This document shows, piece after piece, positions 36,563 to 46,992 of a stretch of DNA of 64,000 nt; position 1 is the stretch's first letter, and every line of letters starts with the position of its first letter. The notes beneath the pieces were generated by a model, which saw only the letters and a list, made by a program, of their open reading frames with translations, ran no database searches and had not been told where the DNA came from. The translations under genes were made by a program, and so were the position numbers. The stretch is taken from the NCBI GenBank assembly GCA_017555765.1, contig JAFZFT010000116.1, positions 2,038 to 66,037 of the forward strand, read 5' to 3'. Source of the DNA: Clostridia bacterium. Lineage in GTDB: Bacteria; Bacillota; Clostridia; Oscillospirales; Acutalibacteraceae.

Positions 36563-37513
36563 ATGTATAAAATAGGCGTAGATTTAGGCGGAACAAACAT
36601 TGCAGTCGGTGTAATTAACGAAAATTATGAGATTATAGGCCTTGGCAAAGCTAAGACAAACACACCCAGACCTGCGGAAGAAATTTTTGACGACATTATC
36701 AAGTGCATTAACCTTGCTGTTGAAGATGCAGGTATCACTGTTGCTGATGTTGAATCTGTAGGTATCGGTACCCCCGGCTCTGTTGACAAGGAAAACGGCG
36801 TTATTATGTATGCTAATAATCTTGGTTTTCTTAATGTACCTGCAGTTGAATACATCAACAAAGCATTCCCTGATGTAAAGGTATATATTGAAAACGATGC
36901 CAATGCAGCTGCTCTCGGCGAAGCACTTGCAGGTTGTGGCAAGGGTAAGAAGAGCTTTATTGCTATCACTCTCGGTACAGGTGTAGGTAGCGGTATTGTA
37001 ATTGATGGTAAGCTTCTTACCGGTTGCAACGATGCAGGCGGTGAGCTTGGTCATATGAGCATCAGATTTGATGGTGAGCCTTGTAACTGCGGTAGAATCG
37101 GCTGTTGGGAAAGATATGCATCAGCAACTGCTCTTGTTAACCAGACTAAGGCTGCTATGCTTGAACATAAGGACAGTAAAATGTGGGAGCTTTGCGGCGG
37201 AAACATTGAAAATGCCGGTGGCAGAACTGCTTTTGATGGTATGAGAGCGGGCGATAAGTACGCCAAGGAAGTTTGTGATAATTATATTTACTACATAGCA
37301 GTCGGTACTGCAAACGTTATCAATGCTTTCCAGCCCGATATGCTTTGCTTTGGCGGCGGTATCTGTAACGAAGGTGACACACTTCTCAAGCCTATTGAAA
37401 AGCATGTTGCACAGATGAGATACTCTAAAAACCACGAAATTCAGACTGAGCTTTGCCGAGCAACTCTCGGTAACGATGCAGGCATAATCGGTGCCGCTCT
37501 TGTTGAATATTGA
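36563..37513 (+). CDS. glcK: ROK family glucokinase
   Basis: MYKIGVDLGGTNIAVGV, NDANAAALGE and the Zn motif GHMSIRFDGEPCNCGRIGCWE support the call. I prefer the ATG at 36563, which is 7 nt after GAGGTG, over the GTG at 36554. Confidence 0.85.
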   Translation: MYKIGVDLGGTNIAVGVINENYEIIGLGKAKTNTPRPAEEIFDDIIKCINLAVEDAGITVADVESVGIGTPGSVDKENGVIMYANNLGFLNVPAVEYINKAFPDVKVYIENDANAAALGEALAGCGKGKKSFIAITLGTGVGSGIVIDGKLLTGCNDAGGELGHMSIRFDGEPCNCGRIGCWERYASATALVNQTKAAMLEHKDSKMWELCGGNIENAGGRTAFDGMRAGDKYAKEVCDNYIYYIAVGTANVINAFQPDMLCFGGGICNEGDTLLKPIEKHVAQMRYSKNHEIQTELCRATLGNDAGIIGAALVEY

Positions 37514-37529
37514 TTCGGAGGGTCTTCTT

Positions 37530-38432
37530 TTGACTGAACTTATAAAGCTGCTTGAAAGCAGTAACATCAGATATATACACAACGAACCTATGAAAAATCA
37601 CACCTCCTTTAAAACGGGAGGTGAGGCGGAGCTTTTTATAATTCCTGATAGCTGTGATGAGCTTTCATCTGTACTTTCAAAGTGCAGTGAGCTTGTCATA
37701 GAGCCTTTTATTCTCGGAAACGGAAGCAATCTTCTTATAAGCGATGACGGAATTAAAGGCAGACCTGTCATTCAGATAGGTAAAGGTTTTGATTTTATCC
37801 GTAAAATCAGTGATGATACTCTTGAAATCGGTGCAGGTACAAATCTCACTGCTGCTTGTAGATTTGCTCTTAACGAGTCTCTGAGCGGACTTGAGTTTGC
37901 TTTCGGCATTCCCGGCTCTTGCGGCGGTGCGGCATATATGAATGCAGGTGCATACGGCGGCGAGATGAAGGATGTTCTCGTACGAGTCAACCATATGGAT
38001 ATGAAAGGTAATGTCGGTTGCTTTGAAGGTGATGAGCTCGATTTATCTTACCGTCACAGTGTTTATTCAAAAGGCGGATATGTAATTACCTCTGTTGAAG
38101 TTAAGCTTATTAAAGGTGACTACAACGAGATTGAAGCTAAAATGAAAGACCTTATCGGCAGACGTAAGGACAAGCAGCCGCTCGAATATCCGAGTGCAGG
38201 TAGCGTTTTTAAGCGCCCCGAAGGTTATTTTGCAGGCGCACTTATTGAGCAGAATGGCTTAAAAGGCAAAAGAATCGGCGGTGCTATGGTTAGTGAAAAG
38301 CACGCAGGCTTCATTATAAATTATGACAACGCAACAACATCAGATGTCGTAAATCTAATCCGTCACTGTCAGGCGGTTGTTAAAGAAAATTCAGGCGTTG
38401 AGCTTGAAACTGAAATAAAAATTATTGATTGA
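37530..38432 (+). CDS. murB: UDP-N-acetylenolpyruvoylglucosamine reductase
   Basis: Supporting blocks are HTSFKTGGEAELFI, LGNGSNLL and GSVFKRPEG. I propose a TTG start 8 nt after GGAGGG. The track ORF starts at 37491, inside glcK. Confidence 0.85.
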   Translation: MTELIKLLESSNIRYIHNEPMKNHTSFKTGGEAELFIIPDSCDELSSVLSKCSELVIEPFILGNGSNLLISDDGIKGRPVIQIGKGFDFIRKISDDTLEIGAGTNLTAACRFALNESLSGLEFAFGIPGSCGGAAYMNAGAYGGEMKDVLVRVNHMDMKGNVGCFEGDELDLSYRHSVYSKGGYVITSVEVKLIKGDYNEIEAKMKDLIGRRKDKQPLEYPSAGSVFKRPEGYFAGALIEQNGLKGKRIGGAMVSEKHAGFIINYDNATTSDVVNLIRHCQAVVKENSGVELETEIKIID

Positions 38433-38450
38433 TTTCCGGGAGGGCAGACA

Positions 38451-39413
38451 ATGTCTTTTTCGTCAAATATAAAGGATGAATTGATAAAAATTGAAAATAT
38501 GCCCGACTGTTGTATTCACGCGATGGCTTATGGTATGCTTCTGTTTGGCAGAAGCTTCAATTCGGGCGCAATATCACTTATGACTGATAACGGTAATATA
38601 GCTCAAAAATATATGTCTGTTACAGAAAAGGCAAGCGGTATTTTACCTTTTTGTTCCGTCTCAGATGCGGGTAAGTACTCATTGGAAATTCCTTCAAAGG
38701 AAGACAGAATGAAGGTTTTATCTGAATTTTCCATGAGTGGAAATGAGCGTACACTCAGAATCGACAGAGGAAACCTTCTCAATGACACTGTATATGATGG
38801 TGAAAATCTCAGTTGCTGTGACGGAGCGTTTTTAAGAGGCGCTTTTCTGTCGTGCGGTACCGCAAGTGACCCGAATAAGAGTTATCATATTGAGTTTGTT
38901 GTACCTTTTAAAACACTGAGTATGGATTTGCTTAAAATGCTCACTGATTACGGTCTTAAGGCTAAGCACATGGTCAGAAGATACGTAAATGTTATCTATA
39001 TAAAAGACAGTGAAAGCATTGAAGATTTGCTCACAATTATGGGAGCATATAACAGTGCAATGGAGATTATGAACATTAAGATATATAAAGATGTACGTAA
39101 TCTTACAAATCGCCGCAATAATTTTGAAAATGCTAATTTTTCAAAAACAGTTGACGCTGCATATGATCAGCTTAGTGCTATTATGTACCTTGAAGAAAAG
39201 GGTGTAATACCTACACTTGAGCCTGATTTAAAAGAAATTGCAGAGCTCAGAATTGATAATCCTGAAGCGAGTTTAAGAGAGATTGGCGAACTTTGTAGTA
39301 TAAAAATGAGCCGTTCTGCGGTTAATTACCGCTTAAAGAGACTTGTTTCTATAAGTAACAGTATAAAAAACAGTGAAGAATCTGACGCATCGGAGGCAAA
39401 AGATGACGAATAA
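38451..39413 (+). CDS. whiA: DNA-binding sporulation/cell-division regulator WhiA
   Basis: MSFSSNIKDEL... is the typical N-terminus. LAGLIDADG-like repeats and a C-terminal HTH (SRSAVNYRLKRL) are present. Confidence 0.88.
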   Translation: MSFSSNIKDELIKIENMPDCCIHAMAYGMLLFGRSFNSGAISLMTDNGNIAQKYMSVTEKASGILPFCSVSDAGKYSLEIPSKEDRMKVLSEFSMSGNERTLRIDRGNLLNDTVYDGENLSCCDGAFLRGAFLSCGTASDPNKSYHIEFVVPFKTLSMDLLKMLTDYGLKAKHMVRRYVNVIYIKDSESIEDLLTIMGAYNSAMEIMNIKIYKDVRNLTNRRNNFENANFSKTVDAAYDQLSAIMYLEEKGVIPTLEPDLKEIAELRIDNPEASLREIGELCSIKMSRSAVNYRLKRLVSISNSIKNSEESDASEAKDDE

Positions 39414-40815
39414 TTATTTTGTTCCCGAAACGGAGCTTGAAAAACAAAGAGAATACACTGAGCTTGTCAAAACAGTTCTCGGTTCAAGATTTATGAATAA
39501 GGAGCCTAAGGCTTTTGTTCATACCTACGGTTGTCAGGGTAATGTTTCCGACGGTGAAAAGCTTAAGGGGCTGCTTGAAAAAATGGGCTTCGGATTCACT
39601 GATACCCTTGAAGAGGCTTCACTTATTCTTTATAACACCTGTGCAATACGAGAGCATGCTGAGGACAGAGTTTTCGGCAATGTAGGTGCACTCAAGCAGA
39701 TGAAAAAAGCAAATCCCGAGCTTATTATCGGACTTTGCGGCTGTATGACTCAGCAGAAGCATATTGCTGAAAAATTTTATAAAAGCTATCCCTTTGTTGA
39801 CTTGCTTTTCGGTACTCACGTAACACATAAGCTTCCTGAATTTATATACAGATGTCTTTGTTCAGGAAAAAGAGTTTTTGATGTAACTGAAAGTGACGGC
39901 AATATTGCTGAGGGCTTACCCGTACGCCGTGACGGCACTTTCAGAGCGTGGATTCCCATTATGTACGGCTGCAATAACTTCTGTTCCTACTGCATCGTAC
40001 CTTATGTAAGAGGCAGGGAGAGAAGCAGAAAATTTAACGATATAATCGCTGAGGTCAAGGATGTTGTCTCACGCGGTTACAAGGAAATTACCTTGCTCGG
40101 ACAGAATGTAAACTCTTATAACAAAAATGAGGATCCCGAGTTGAGGTTTCCTGCTCTTTTAAGAGCTATAAATGATATTGAAGGCGATTTTATTATCCGC
40201 TTTATGACTTCTCATCCGAGAGACTGTACGTTTGAGCTTCTCGACGCTATGGCAGAGTGCGATAAGGTTGCAAAACATCTTCATTTGCCGTTCCAGTCAG
40301 GTAATGACAGAGTTCTCAAAGAGATGAATCGACATTACGATAGGGCTAAATATCTTCAGCTTATTGATTACGCCTATGAAAGAATGCCGGAGCTTTCAAT
40401 AACGAGTGATGTTATCGTCGGATTCCCGGGCGAAACCTACGACGAGTTCAAAGATACTCTTTCACTTGTTGATCGTGTAAAGTATACTTCTTTGTTTACA
40501 TTCATTTTCTCACCGAGAAAGGGCACAAAAGCTTATGACATGGAGGACCCTGTTTCGAGAGAAGAAAAAGGCAAATGGTTCAAAGAGCTTACCGATCTTC
40601 AGGAGAAAATTGCGGGAAACCGTACTGCTGATATGAAGGGTAAGGTTTACAAAGTGCTCGTTGAGGGCAGAAGTAAAACAGAAGGTATGCTTTCAGGCAG
40701 AACTCAGGGGAATGTAATTATTGAATTTTTAGGTGACGAAAGTCTTATAGGTAAATTCGTCTATGTAAAAGTAACCAATCCGAGAACATGGGTTGTTTAT
40801 GGTGAAACAGTATAA
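39403..40815 (+). CDS. miaB: tRNA-i6A37 methylthiotransferase MiaB
   Basis: The UPF0004 domain is VHTYGCQGN...NTCAIRE. The radical SAM motif is GCNNFCSYCIVP. A C-terminal TRAM domain is present. The start is Met11 of the track ORF. Confidence 0.9.
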   Translation: MTNNYFVPETELEKQREYTELVKTVLGSRFMNKEPKAFVHTYGCQGNVSDGEKLKGLLEKMGFGFTDTLEEASLILYNTCAIREHAEDRVFGNVGALKQMKKANPELIIGLCGCMTQQKHIAEKFYKSYPFVDLLFGTHVTHKLPEFIYRCLCSGKRVFDVTESDGNIAEGLPVRRDGTFRAWIPIMYGCNNFCSYCIVPYVRGRERSRKFNDIIAEVKDVVSRGYKEITLLGQNVNSYNKNEDPELRFPALLRAINDIEGDFIIRFMTSHPRDCTFELLDAMAECDKVAKHLHLPFQSGNDRVLKEMNRHYDRAKYLQLIDYAYERMPELSITSDVIVGFPGETYDEFKDTLSLVDRVKYTSLFTFIFSPRKGTKAYDMEDPVSREEKGKWFKELTDLQEKIAGNRTADMKGKVYKVLVEGRSKTEGMLSGRTQGNVIIEFLGDESLIGKFVYVKVTNPRTWVVYGETV

Positions 40816-40867
40816 TTTTACTCGTTAAGAGTAGCTATTATAAAAAATTTTAAAGGAGTAGAGAATA

Positions 40868-41281
40868 ATGGATATTATTAAACTCACACGTGAGCTTGGT
40901 GCTGCAATTCAGCAGGACGAGCGCTATCTTGCGTTTACAAAGGCAAGAGAAGAAAATGAAAAGGACACAGAGCTCAACGAGCTTATGGGTCAGATTCAGA
41001 TGGTTCAGATGAACTACCAGCTTGAAGCAAGCAAGGAAGAGCCCGATTCAGCTAAGATGCAGGCTTTTGAAGAAGAGTTCAACACTCTTTACACAAAGTT
41101 TATGGCTAACGGCAAGATGCAGGCTTACGATGCTGCAAGAACAGAGGTTGATGAAATGATGAACTACATCATGCAGATTCTCAGCCTTTGCGTTAACGGT
41201 GCTGATCCTGCAACATGTGAACCCGAAAAGCACGACCACGAGTGCGGCGGTTCATGCTCATCATGCAGCGGTTGCCACTAA
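40868..41281 (+). CDS. ymcA: YlbF/YmcA (RicA-like) family protein with Cys-rich C-terminal tail
   Basis: LGAAIQQDERYLAFTKAREENEKDTELNELMGQIQ is typical of the UPF0342/YlbF family. The position between miaB and mutS mirrors B. subtilis ymcB-ymcA. The tail is CEPEKHDHECGGSCSSCSGCH. Confidence 0.7.
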   Translation: MDIIKLTRELGAAIQQDERYLAFTKAREENEKDTELNELMGQIQMVQMNYQLEASKEEPDSAKMQAFEEEFNTLYTKFMANGKMQAYDAARTEVDEMMNYIMQILSLCVNGADPATCEPEKHDHECGGSCSSCSGCH

Positions 41282-41328
41282 TATCTTAAGAAGATAAAAT
41301 CAAGGAATTATATCAGGAGGAAAGCAGT

Positions 41329-43950
41329 ATGGCCGAGATGACCCCTATGATGCTTCAATATTTTGAAATAAAAAAGGAATATCCGGACACGATACTGTTT
41401 TTCCGCCTGGGTGATTTCTATGAAATGTTTTTCGATGATGCAAAGCTTGCTTCATCAGTACTTGAGCTTACACTTACAGGCAGAGCTTGTGGTAACGGTG
41501 AAAAAGCTCCCATGTGCGGCGTACCGTTCCATTCGGCGGATAACTATATAGCAAGACTTGTTTCAAATGGCTATAAGGTTGCTATTTGTGAGCAGGTTGA
41601 AGACCCTGCAACTGCTAAGGGTCTTGTTAAGCGTGATGTTATCAGAATAATAACAAAGGGCTCAATCATCGAGAATAATATGCTTGATGAGGGTAAAAAC
41701 AACTATCTCACTTCCGTTTTCTATGATAAAGACGGAGCCGGTATATGCTTCGCTGATGTATCAACCGGCGCAGTTAATCTTACTGCTTTTTCCGCTCAGG
41801 ATAAAATACAGGCTGCTATTATTAATGAGCTTGGTGTGTTTAATCCGAGTGAAATTGTACTTAATCTTTACTGTGCAAAAGATAAGCAAATTTCTGAATT
41901 TATAAACTCAAAAATGTCAGCTAGCTGTGAAGTGCCTGCTGACGATTACTTCTCACTTGAAAAGTGCCTCGAGGACTGTATTGAGCATTTCGGATATGAG
42001 AAAATGAATTCATACGGCCTTGAAAGTACTCCACACGCAATTATTGCACTTGGTGTTGCAATAAGATACCTCAAAAACGTACAGAAAAATAACCTTGATA
42101 ATATCAGGGATGTAAATATATATGCTGACAGTCAGTATATGAAAATCAGCTACTCTACAAAGCGTGACCTTGAAGTAACGGAAACAATGAGAAGCCGTGA
42201 AAAAAGAGGCTCACTTCTTTGGGTGCTTGATAAAACAAAAACATCTATGGGCAGACGTCTCATAAGATCATGGCTTGAAAAGCCGCTTGTTAACTATACA
42301 CAGATTATTAAAAGACATAATGCCGTTGCTGAACTTTACGACAACAGTATTAAGCTTTCAGAGCTTACTCAGTCTCTAAGCGGTATTTATGACATCGAGC
42401 GTCTTCTCACAAGAGTTGTATATGAAACAGCCAATGCGAAAGACCTCAACAGTTTAAAACAGACAATAAGCAGTCTTCCTTATATCAAGACTCTTCTTGC
42501 TGATTCCGGCAGTGCATATCTCAGACAGCAGTACGAATCATTGGATCTGCTTGAAGATATATATTCCCTTATCGATGCCGCGATCAAAGAGGATGCTCCC
42601 TTTAGTGTAAGAGAAGGCGAAATTATAAATGACGGCTTTAACAGTGAGCTTGATACTCTCAGAGATATACAGAATAATGGTAAAAAGTATATAGCTGAAA
42701 TTGAAGCCAGAGAAAAAGAAAAAACAGGTATACCGAATCTTAAAATAAGCTACAACCGTGTATTCGGTTACTACATTGAAGTAACAAATTCCTATAAAAC
42801 TCTTGTACCTGAGGATTACATAAGAAAGCAGACCCTTGCAAACTGTGAGAGATATATCACTCAGGAGCTCAAGGAACTCGAAAGTAAGGTTCTCGGTGCG
42901 CAGGAGAGAATTGTTAAGCTTGAATACGAAATATTCTGTCAGATACGAAAGAGCGTTGCTGATGAGTTCAACAGAATTCAGTCAACCGCTCAGGCTGTCG
43001 CCGTTACTGATGTGCTTTGTTCACTTGCAAATGTTGCAGTTAACAACAATTATGTATGTCCTACAATAGTTGAAGGTGACATAATTGATATAACTGACGG
43101 CAGACATCCTGTTGTTGAAGCTATGCTTGGCGATATGCCTTTCGTGCCTAATGACACAAAGCTCGACTGCGGTGAAAATCGTTGTGCAATCATAACCGGT
43201 CCTAATATGGCGGGTAAATCAACATATATGCGTCAGGTTGCTCTTATTTGTCTTATGGCGCAGATCGGTTCATTCGTACCCGCAAAAAGAGCTCAGCTTT
43301 CAGTTGTCGACAGTATTTTTACCCGTGTCGGTGCATCGGATGACCTTGCAACAGGCCAGTCTACCTTTATGGTTGAAATGAACGAGGTATCCACTATAAT
43401 CAAAAATGCAGGTAAACACTCACTGATAATCCTTGACGAGGTGGGCAGAGGTACTTCTACATTCGACGGCATGAGTATTGCACGTGCCGTGCTCGAATAT
43501 ATTGTGGATAAGAAAAAAATCGGTGCAAAAACACTGTTTTCCACTCACTATCACGAGCTTACCGAGCTTGAAAAACAACTTGAAGGCGTTAAAAATTACA
43601 ATATATCCGTTAAAAAGAGGGGAGATACAATCACCTTCCTTCGCCGTATTGTAAGAGGATGTGCTGACGGAAGCTACGGTCTCGAGGTTGCAAAGCTTGC
43701 AGGAATACCTAATTCGGTTGTATCTCGTGCAAGACTTATCCTCACAGAGCTCGAGAAGAATACACCTGACAGCCGAGTTTTAATGAATAATGTTGATATT
43801 CCCGAAGAGGAAGAGCTTCAGATTTCCTTGCAGTCTACGGTTGATGATGACCTTATTGATTCAATCAAAAATATCGATATTAATACTTTAACACCTCTTG
43901 AGGCGCTTACGACACTTCATAAGCTTGTAAAACGTGCAAGAGGCGAATAA
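41329..43950 (+). CDS. mutS: DNA mismatch repair protein MutS
   Basis: TPMMLQYFEIKKEYPDTILFFRLGDFYEMFFDDA is the MutS N-terminus. Walker A is GPNMAGKST, followed by STFMVEM and DEVGRGTSTFDG. Confidence 0.95.
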   Translation: MAEMTPMMLQYFEIKKEYPDTILFFRLGDFYEMFFDDAKLASSVLELTLTGRACGNGEKAPMCGVPFHSADNYIARLVSNGYKVAICEQVEDPATAKGLVKRDVIRIITKGSIIENNMLDEGKNNYLTSVFYDKDGAGICFADVSTGAVNLTAFSAQDKIQAAIINELGVFNPSEIVLNLYCAKDKQISEFINSKMSASCEVPADDYFSLEKCLEDCIEHFGYEKMNSYGLESTPHAIIALGVAIRYLKNVQKNNLDNIRDVNIYADSQYMKISYSTKRDLEVTETMRSREKRGSLLWVLDKTKTSMGRRLIRSWLEKPLVNYTQIIKRHNAVAELYDNSIKLSELTQSLSGIYDIERLLTRVVYETANAKDLNSLKQTISSLPYIKTLLADSGSAYLRQQYESLDLLEDIYSLIDAAIKEDAPFSVREGEIINDGFNSELDTLRDIQNNGKKYIAEIEAREKEKTGIPNLKISYNRVFGYYIEVTNSYKTLVPEDYIRKQTLANCERYITQELKELESKVLGAQERIVKLEYEIFCQIRKSVADEFNRIQSTAQAVAVTDVLCSLANVAVNNNYVCPTIVEGDIIDITDGRHPVVEAMLGDMPFVPNDTKLDCGENRCAIITGPNMAGKSTYMRQVALICLMAQIGSFVPAKRAQLSVVDSIFTRVGASDDLATGQSTFMVEMNEVSTIIKNAGKHSLIILDEVGRGTSTFDGMSIARAVLEYIVDKKKIGAKTLFSTHYHELTELEKQLEGVKNYNISVKKRGDTITFLRRIVRGCADGSYGLEVAKLAGIPNSVVSRARLILTELEKNTPDSRVLMNNVDIPEEEELQISLQSTVDDDLIDSIKNIDINTLTPLEALTTLHKLVKRARGE

Positions 43951-43973
43951 AACACTAAGGATGTGATAACTTT

Positions 43974-46040
43974 ATGGCAAAAATCAATATACTACCAAAA
44001 CACATTGCTGAATTGATAGCAGCCGGTGAAGTTGTCGAAAGACCCGCTTCTGTTGTCAAAGAGCTTATGGAAAATTCAATTGACGCAGGAGCTACTGCAA
44101 TTACACTTGAAATTAAAAACGGCGGCGTAACCTATATCCGTATTACCGATAACGGTTGCGGTATAGACAGAGAAGATGTACCTAATGCGTTTATCAGCCA
44201 CGCAACAAGTAAAATCTGTGACGAAAATGATCTTAACTCTATCTTTACATTAGGATTCAGAGGTGAAGCGCTTGCTTCAATAGCAGCCGTTTCAAGAACC
44301 GAAATACTTACAAAGAGTACTAATCAGGATAGCGGTACAGCTTACGCGGTTAGCGGCGGTACACAGATGAAGTACGAGCCGGCAGGATGTCCCGATGGCA
44401 CAACAATAATAGTAAGGGATTTGTTTTATAACACACCCGCCCGAATGAAATTCCTCAAGAAGGATGTATCTGAAGCTAATGCGGTTGCAGAAGTTGTTGA
44501 CCGTATTGCTCTTTCGCATCCTGAAATCAGTATAAGATTCATCCGTGAAGGTAAGCAGGCTCTTATCACTCCCGGTGACGGTAAGCTTATGTCGGCTATT
44601 TATTCCGTTTTCGGCAAGGCTTTTGCTGACTCATTGCTTCCTGTTGATTACGAGCTTGACGGAATCAAAGTAGAGGGATACACTTGCAAGCCTCATACTG
44701 CAAGGCCCTCCCGTTCAATGCAGTATATATACCTTAACAAGAGATATATCAAGTCACGTTCTTGCATTGCGTCAATGGAAAATGCTTACAAAAACTCTGT
44801 TATGGTGGGCAAATTCCCGAGCTGTGTTCTTAATATTACAGTACCGCCGCACACAGTTGACGTAAATGTACATCCCGCAAAAACTGAGGTGCGCTTCAGT
44901 GACGAAAGAAGAGTTTCTTCAGCGGTTTATTACGGTGTTAAGAGTGCAATTGAAGAGCTTGATAAAGCTCCTCAGGTTGATCTTTCAAGGCTTAATAAGC
45001 TTACGCAAAAAGCTACACCCGAGGCAGTACAGATAACAATGCAGGAGGTTGCTCAGCCCTCTCAGGCTCCTGCGGCAACACTTTCTCAGCCGGTAAAAAT
45101 CGAGCCTAAAACAAAAAATTATACTAAAAATTCACCTAGGGATTTTTGGAATAAAATGACTTCATCTGAGTATCAGACAACTGTTGCTCAGACCAAAACG
45201 GAAAATCCGTTCCTCAGCGATCGTGATGAACCGGACCTTGTAAGCTCGTTTAAAAAGAAGCCGAAACAGGAAGTCATAATCCGTGAAACTAAGATTAACG
45301 AAAAGCCTTCTGAAAGCTTTATTGCACCCAAAACAGAAAAGGTTGCACCTACAGTTACTGAAACTGCGGTTGTAAAGCCGACTGTATCCGTTGTTGAAAA
45401 AGTACAACCTCAAAAGCACGAAGAAAAGGTTGAATTCAGTACTGTAAAAGAAAAAGAGCTTCCTGCTAAGCCTCTCAGGCTTTTAGGTGAAGCCTTCAAG
45501 ACTTATATTATCTGTGAGTATGACGGTAAGCTTTGTATGATCGATAAGCACGCTGCTCACGAAAGAATAATTTATAATAAAATTAAAAAGAATGCGGCTG
45601 AAAATCAGGCGTCTCAGGTGCTTCTTGCACCTATAACCGTAACACTGAGCAAAGCTGAGTATGATACTGTTATTTCAAATATCGGAGCATTCCTTAAAGC
45701 TGGATTTCTTGTTGAAGATTTCGGCTCAGGTGTTGTAATAGTACGTGAAACGCCTATGCTTGTTTCTGCTGACGAAACAGAGGATACTATTGTTGAAATG
45801 GCTAAGTATCTCAGCGAAAACCGTACCGATACGGAGCCCGAGAAAATCGACCGTATACATCACACGGCGGCTTGTAAGGCTGCAATCAAGGCCGGATTTA
45901 AAAATTCAACCGCTGAAATGAAAGTACTTGCAGAACAGGTGCTTTATGATGAGGCGGTGCGCTACTGTCCGCATGGCAGACCCGTACTTATTGAGCTTAG
46001 CAAGTACGAGCTCGAAAAACAATTCGGACGCATTCAGTAA
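43974..46040 (+). CDS. mutL: DNA mismatch repair protein MutL
   Basis: Supporting blocks are IAAGEVVERPASVVKELMENSIDA, FRGEALASI and the endonuclease block DKHAAHERI. Confidence 0.95.
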   Translation: MAKINILPKHIAELIAAGEVVERPASVVKELMENSIDAGATAITLEIKNGGVTYIRITDNGCGIDREDVPNAFISHATSKICDENDLNSIFTLGFRGEALASIAAVSRTEILTKSTNQDSGTAYAVSGGTQMKYEPAGCPDGTTIIVRDLFYNTPARMKFLKKDVSEANAVAEVVDRIALSHPEISIRFIREGKQALITPGDGKLMSAIYSVFGKAFADSLLPVDYELDGIKVEGYTCKPHTARPSRSMQYIYLNKRYIKSRSCIASMENAYKNSVMVGKFPSCVLNITVPPHTVDVNVHPAKTEVRFSDERRVSSAVYYGVKSAIEELDKAPQVDLSRLNKLTQKATPEAVQITMQEVAQPSQAPAATLSQPVKIEPKTKNYTKNSPRDFWNKMTSSEYQTTVAQTKTENPFLSDRDEPDLVSSFKKKPKQEVIIRETKINEKPSESFIAPKTEKVAPTVTETAVVKPTVSVVEKVQPQKHEEKVEFSTVKEKELPAKPLRLLGEAFKTYIICEYDGKLCMIDKHAAHERIIYNKIKKNAAENQASQVLLAPITVTLSKAEYDTVISNIGAFLKAGFLVEDFGSGVVIVRETPMLVSADETEDTIVEMAKYLSENRTDTEPEKIDRIHHTAACKAAIKAGFKNSTAEMKVLAEQVLYDEAVRYCPHGRPVLIELSKYELEKQFGRIQ

Positions 46041-46053
46041 GATGGTGATTAAT

Positions 46054-46992
46054 ATGCAAAAGCCTTTTGTACCTATAATTGCAGGCCCCACAGCATCAGG
46101 GAAAACATCTCTGTCTATTGAATTGGCTAAAAGATTCAACGGTGAAATCGTATCCGCCGATTCAATGCAAATATATAAGAATATGGACATTGCCACTGCG
46201 AAACCCGATGAAGAAGAAATGCATGGGATACCTCACCATCTAATTGGTATAATCAATCCTGATGATGAGTTTTCAGTCGCTCAGTATAAAATTAAAGCGA
46301 CCGAAGCTATTGAAGATATTCTTGCAAGAGGTAAAATGCCGATTGTTGTCGGCGGTACAGGGCTTTATATTGATACGCTAATAAATAATACTGAATTTCT
46401 CGATTATGAGAAAAGTGATATAAGAAGTACTCTTGAGCAGAGAAATGAAAACGAAGGTACTGAAAGCTTATGGAATGAGCTTAATTCCATAGACCCGGAG
46501 ACCGCTCAAAAGCTTCATCTTAACGATATCAAAAGAATAATCCGAGCTCTTGAGGTGTTTTATTCAACAGGTAAAACAATATCTGAACAGAGAGAGCTTT
46601 CCCATATTAATGAAAGTCCATATAATTGGTGTCTTATCGGTCTGAATGCTGATGACAGACAGTATCTGTACGACAGAATTAACCTCAGAGTTGATATTAT
46701 GCTCAATATGGGGCTTCTCAAAGAAGCTGAAGATTTCTTTTCATCCGATGTGTCTCATACCGCAATCCAGGCGATAGGGTATAAAGAATTAAAACCTTAC
46801 ATCGATGGTGAGAAGAGACTTGAGGATGCAGTTGAAAAGCTGAAAATGGAAACCCGACGTTATGCAAAAAGACAGCTTACTTGGTTCAGACGCTACAGTG
46901 ATATTAACTGGTTTATGATAGACCGATACGATAAATATGAACTTGTTGACAGAGTATCAGCTCTGATTGACGAAAACAGGAGTACATTATGA
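46054..46992 (+). CDS. miaA: tRNA dimethylallyltransferase MiaA
   Basis: IIAGPTASGKTSLSIELAKRFNGEIVSADSMQIYK matches MiaA. The start could be the ATG at 46054 or at 46042; both follow the mutL stop. The track ORF start at 45928 lies inside mutL. Confidence 0.9.
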   Translation: MQKPFVPIIAGPTASGKTSLSIELAKRFNGEIVSADSMQIYKNMDIATAKPDEEEMHGIPHHLIGIINPDDEFSVAQYKIKATEAIEDILARGKMPIVVGGTGLYIDTLINNTEFLDYEKSDIRSTLEQRNENEGTESLWNELNSIDPETAQKLHLNDIKRIIRALEVFYSTGKTISEQRELSHINESPYNWCLIGLNADDRQYLYDRINLRVDIMLNMGLLKEAEDFFSSDVSHTAIQAIGYKELKPYIDGEKRLEDAVEKLKMETRRYAKRQLTWFRRYSDINWFMIDRYDKYELVDRVSALIDENRSTL

